Shown piece after piece: positions 56,437 to 58,691 of a DNA stretch of 58,691 nucleotides. Every line of letters starts with the position of its first letter. Within the stretch, counting starts at the first letter, position 1. A program made the translations under genes and the position numbers. Source of the DNA: Chloroflexota bacterium (lineage in GTDB: Bacteria > Chloroflexota > Dehalococcoidia > JACQUD01); NCBI GenBank assembly GCA_016210485.1, contig JACQUD010000061.1, forward strand, positions 1-58,691, read 5' to 3'. The notes under the pieces are model-generated. The model was not told where the DNA came from, made no database searches, and was given only the letters and a program-made list of their open reading frames with translations.

Positions 56437-57615
56437 TCAATTCTCGATGTCCACCCGGCCCTGGGCTATCCTGAAGATGGAGGCCTTCTCCAGAAAGGAG
56501 GGTAAGAAGGGATGAAGGTCTGGGGTGGTGAGGAGCACCTGCCCCCGGCCTTGGATGGAATCCAGCACAAGAGAGCGATGGCGTTCGTCCAGCTCAGAGA
56601 GGGCGTCGTCCAGAAGGAGCACCGGCTCCTGGCTCCGGCCCAAGCGCAGCAGCTCGGCCTCTCCCAGGCGAAGGCTGAGGGCGATGAGGCGTTGTTCCCC
56701 CCGGGAACCGTAACGACCCATATCCTGTCCTTTTACCCTGAAATGGAGGTCGTCCCGGTGGGGGCCCACCAGGGTCATGGCCATGCGGACCTCTCTGTCC
56801 CGCAGGCGCTGGAGCTGGCTGCGGAAGGCTTTGGCCAGCTCCGCCTCCTCCATAGACGAGGCGTTGAAAGTGGCCTTATAGTCTAGGGAGAGCCCTCCAT
56901 CGCCCGTCAGGCGTCGGTGCTCATTCTGGGCAAGGGACTCCAGGGCCTTCAGGCACTCCAGCCGACGGGCCAGGATAGGAGAGCCGTTGGCCACCAGCTC
57001 CTCATCCCAGGCTTCCATCCCCTGGCCTCGCGCCCCGGAGCCTCCCACCTTGAGCAGGTGGTTGCGCTGGGCTAGGACTCGCTGATAGCGCTGCAGGGTC
57101 TTGTAGTAAAGAGGGCTCAGTTGGGAGCCCAGGATATCCAAGAAGCGGCGGCGCAGGGCCGGAGGGCCACCTATGAGGTCTATGTCCTGGACGCCGAACC
57201 ACACCGCCAAGAGCAACCCCACCACATCCCCCGCCCTCCGGGGAGCACCGTTGACCAGGAAGCGCCTCTCCACCGCAATGGAGCCAGGGTTGGAGATGGC
57301 CTGGGGCCGGGCCTGGAGCACCTGGGAAACCCGAAGAGGCTGTCCCCCCTGCTGGATATCAGCATCCACCCGTGTGAAGGCCAGAGGCTCCTCCAGGGCA
57401 TCCCAATGGATAAGCTCGGCCTCGCCCCCGGCCCTGGGGGAGCGGGTGGTAGCCAAGAGGTAGATAGCCTCCAGCAGATTGGTCTTGCCCTGGCCGTTCT
57501 CCCCTCGGAAGAGGGAGATGCCCGGGGGCAGGGACAGGTCCAGGTCTCTGAAGTTGCGGAAATTGGTCAACCTGAGACGGGTGAGGAAAATGCTGGCCTC
57601 CTTAATCTTTCGCAC
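56437..57615 (-). CDS. recF: DNA replication and repair protein RecF
   Basis: 392 aa. 'LTNFRNF...FRGENGQGKTNLLEAIYLL' is the Walker A region and 'LLLDDALSELD' is Walker B. Confidence 0.9.
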   Translation of the reverse strand: MRKIKEASIFLTRLRLTNFRNFRDLDLSLPPGISLFRGENGQGKTNLLEAIYLLATTRSPRAGGEAELIHWDALEEPLAFTRVDADIQQGGQPLRVSQVLQARPQAISNPGSIAVERRFLVNGAPRRAGDVVGLLLAVWFGVQDIDLIGGPPALRRRFLDILGSQLSPLYYKTLQRYQRVLAQRNHLLKVGGSGARGQGMEAWDEELVANGSPILARRLECLKALESLAQNEHRRLTGDGGLSLDYKATFNASSMEEAELAKAFRSQLQRLRDREVRMAMTLVGPHRDDLHFRVKGQDMGRYGSRGEQRLIALSLRLGEAELLRLGRSQEPVLLLDDALSELDERHRSLVLDSIQGRGQVLLTTPDLHPFLPSFLEKASIFRIAQGRVDIEN

Positions 57616-57639
57616 TTATTTTAAAGGGGGCTGGGGGCC

Positions 57640-57669
57640 TTGACAATGCCGATATTATGTGCCTATAAT
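57640..57669 (+). promoter_or_regulatory. Near-consensus sigma70 promoter upstream of the 23S rRNA gene
   Basis: TTGACA (57640-57645), an 18-nt spacer and TATAAT (57664-57669). A second TTGACG box is at 57695. Confidence 0.55.
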
Positions 57670-57852
57670 GCAATTCACCAAGGAGAGAATAAAGCTTGAC
57701 GAAAAGGACAGCTCTGGTTACTTAAAGATAATCCTGGGTAGATTCTCCAGCGGCGGCTGGGAACACCCCAGCCGCCGCTTCATGTGAGCCGGATTTAAGA
57801 AGACCGGTGTCGCACCTTAACAAGAGAATATTTCTGAGCGGGCTTTAATGTA

Positions 57853-58691
57853 GGTCAAGCAAATAAGGGCCTACGGTGGATGCCTTGGCGCTTGGGGCCG
57901 ATGAAGGGCGTGGCAAGGCTGCGATAAGCCTCGGCTTGCTGCCTAGCGAGCTTAGCCGGGGATTCCCGAATGGGGCAACCCAACAGGGCGAAACCCTGTT
58001 ACCCCTGGCTGCACTTAAGCCAGGGGGGGCCAGCGGGGGAACTGAAACATCTAAGTACCCCGAGGAAGAGAAATCAACCGAGATCCCCTTAGTAGTGGCG
58101 AACGAACGGGGGAAAGCCCAAATTCCCAGGGCTTAGTGGCCTTGAGGCCTATGCTCTGGGGAAGTTGCAAGGCCCGGCATGGAGGGCTCAAGACCTCCGA
58201 GGGAGTTACCAACCGAACCCTAGCCAAAGGTCCCTGGAAAGGGCCGTCATAGAAGGTGAAAGCCCTGTAGGCGAAAGGGGTAGGCTCCTGCCGGTGTCCT
58301 TAAGTACCACGGGACACGAGGAATCCTGTGGGAATCTGGGGGGACCACCCTCCAAGGCTAAATACCCCAAGCGACCGATAGCGGATAGTACCGTGAGGGA
58401 AAGGTGAAAAGCACCCCGGGAGGGGAGTGAAATAGATCTGAAACCGTGGGCCTACGAACGGTCGGAGCCCCGAGCAATCGGGGTGACGGCGTGCCTATTG
58501 AAGAATGAGCCGGCGACTTGATCTTCGTGGCTGGGTTAAGCAACTTGAGTTGCGGAGCCGCAGCGAAAGCGAGTCCGAATAGGGCGGTCCCCCGATTCGT
58601 CGGGGGAAGGTCGCGGAGATCAGACCCGAAACCTGGTGATCTACCCATGGCCAGGGTGAAGCTTCGATAACATCGGAGTGGAGGCCCGAAC
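57853..58691 (+). rRNA. rrl: 23S ribosomal RNA, 5' ~840 nt (continues beyond the window)
   Basis: GGTCAAGCAAATAAGGGCCTACGGTGGATGCCTTGGCG...GATGAAGGGCGTGG...CCGAATGGGGCAACCC matches the universally conserved 5' domain I of 23S rRNA. Confidence 0.95.

Noticed and set aside
57876-58648. ORFs 57876..58136, 58165..58407 (+) and 58358..58648 (-)
   Set aside because: They lie inside the 23S rRNA gene.

Overview
This is a 58.7-kb high-GC bacterial chromosomal segment (roughly 60-65% GC by eye) with short spacers and many stop/start overlaps. An unlinked 23S rRNA gene and the gene content fit a Chloroflexota-like organism, but the taxon cannot be proven from this window. About two thirds is ordinary housekeeping. 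That includes a nine-gene ilvD-ilvB-ilvN-ilvC-leuA-leuC-leuD-leuB-cimA operon (minus strand, 42.7-53.9 kb) and an interrupted hisH-hisA-hisF-hisIE operon. It also includes rplU-rpmA-rpmE, rpsF-ssb-rpsR, glyA, hom-thrC, ligA, pcrA, recF, speH-speE and a DUF47/PiT phosphate pair. The most interesting part is 1.7-14.3 kb. There, a set of exported copper proteins (membrane-anchored tandem cupredoxin, beta-propeller lipoprotein, two cupredoxin lipoproteins, a rhodanese lipoprotein) flanks a nine-gene co-directional string. In that string a CydB-less cytochrome bd-like subunit and a membrane c-type cytochrome are followed by four translationally coupled genes: a tandem USP, an Mrp/NBP35 ATPase, a zinc-ribbon protein and a NirJ/AhbD-like radical SAM/SPASM enzyme. 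Three of those four carry the same C-terminal PCP_red (BchB C-terminal-like) domain. I consider this the best candidate for an undescribed system: a copper/heme redox branch with its own tetrapyrrole- or Fe-S-directed maturation module. Other notable items:
- A low-GC islet bounded by 40-nt repeats and tRNA 3'-end fragments (14.6-15.6 kb).
- A low-GC gene with a HEPN-like Rx4H C-terminus, plus a HisA-methyltransferase fusion, inside the his operon.
- Three promoter-leader-terminator arrangements (phosphate pair, glyA, ilv-leu), two of them with a uORF that spans the terminator hairpin.
- An apparent ATT start codon for rplU.
- A small accessory block of zinc-ribbon mini-proteins and a Cys-rich duplicated protein next to recF.
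All calls come from reading the sequence and the ORF translations. No database search was run, so all family names are motif-based recognitions.
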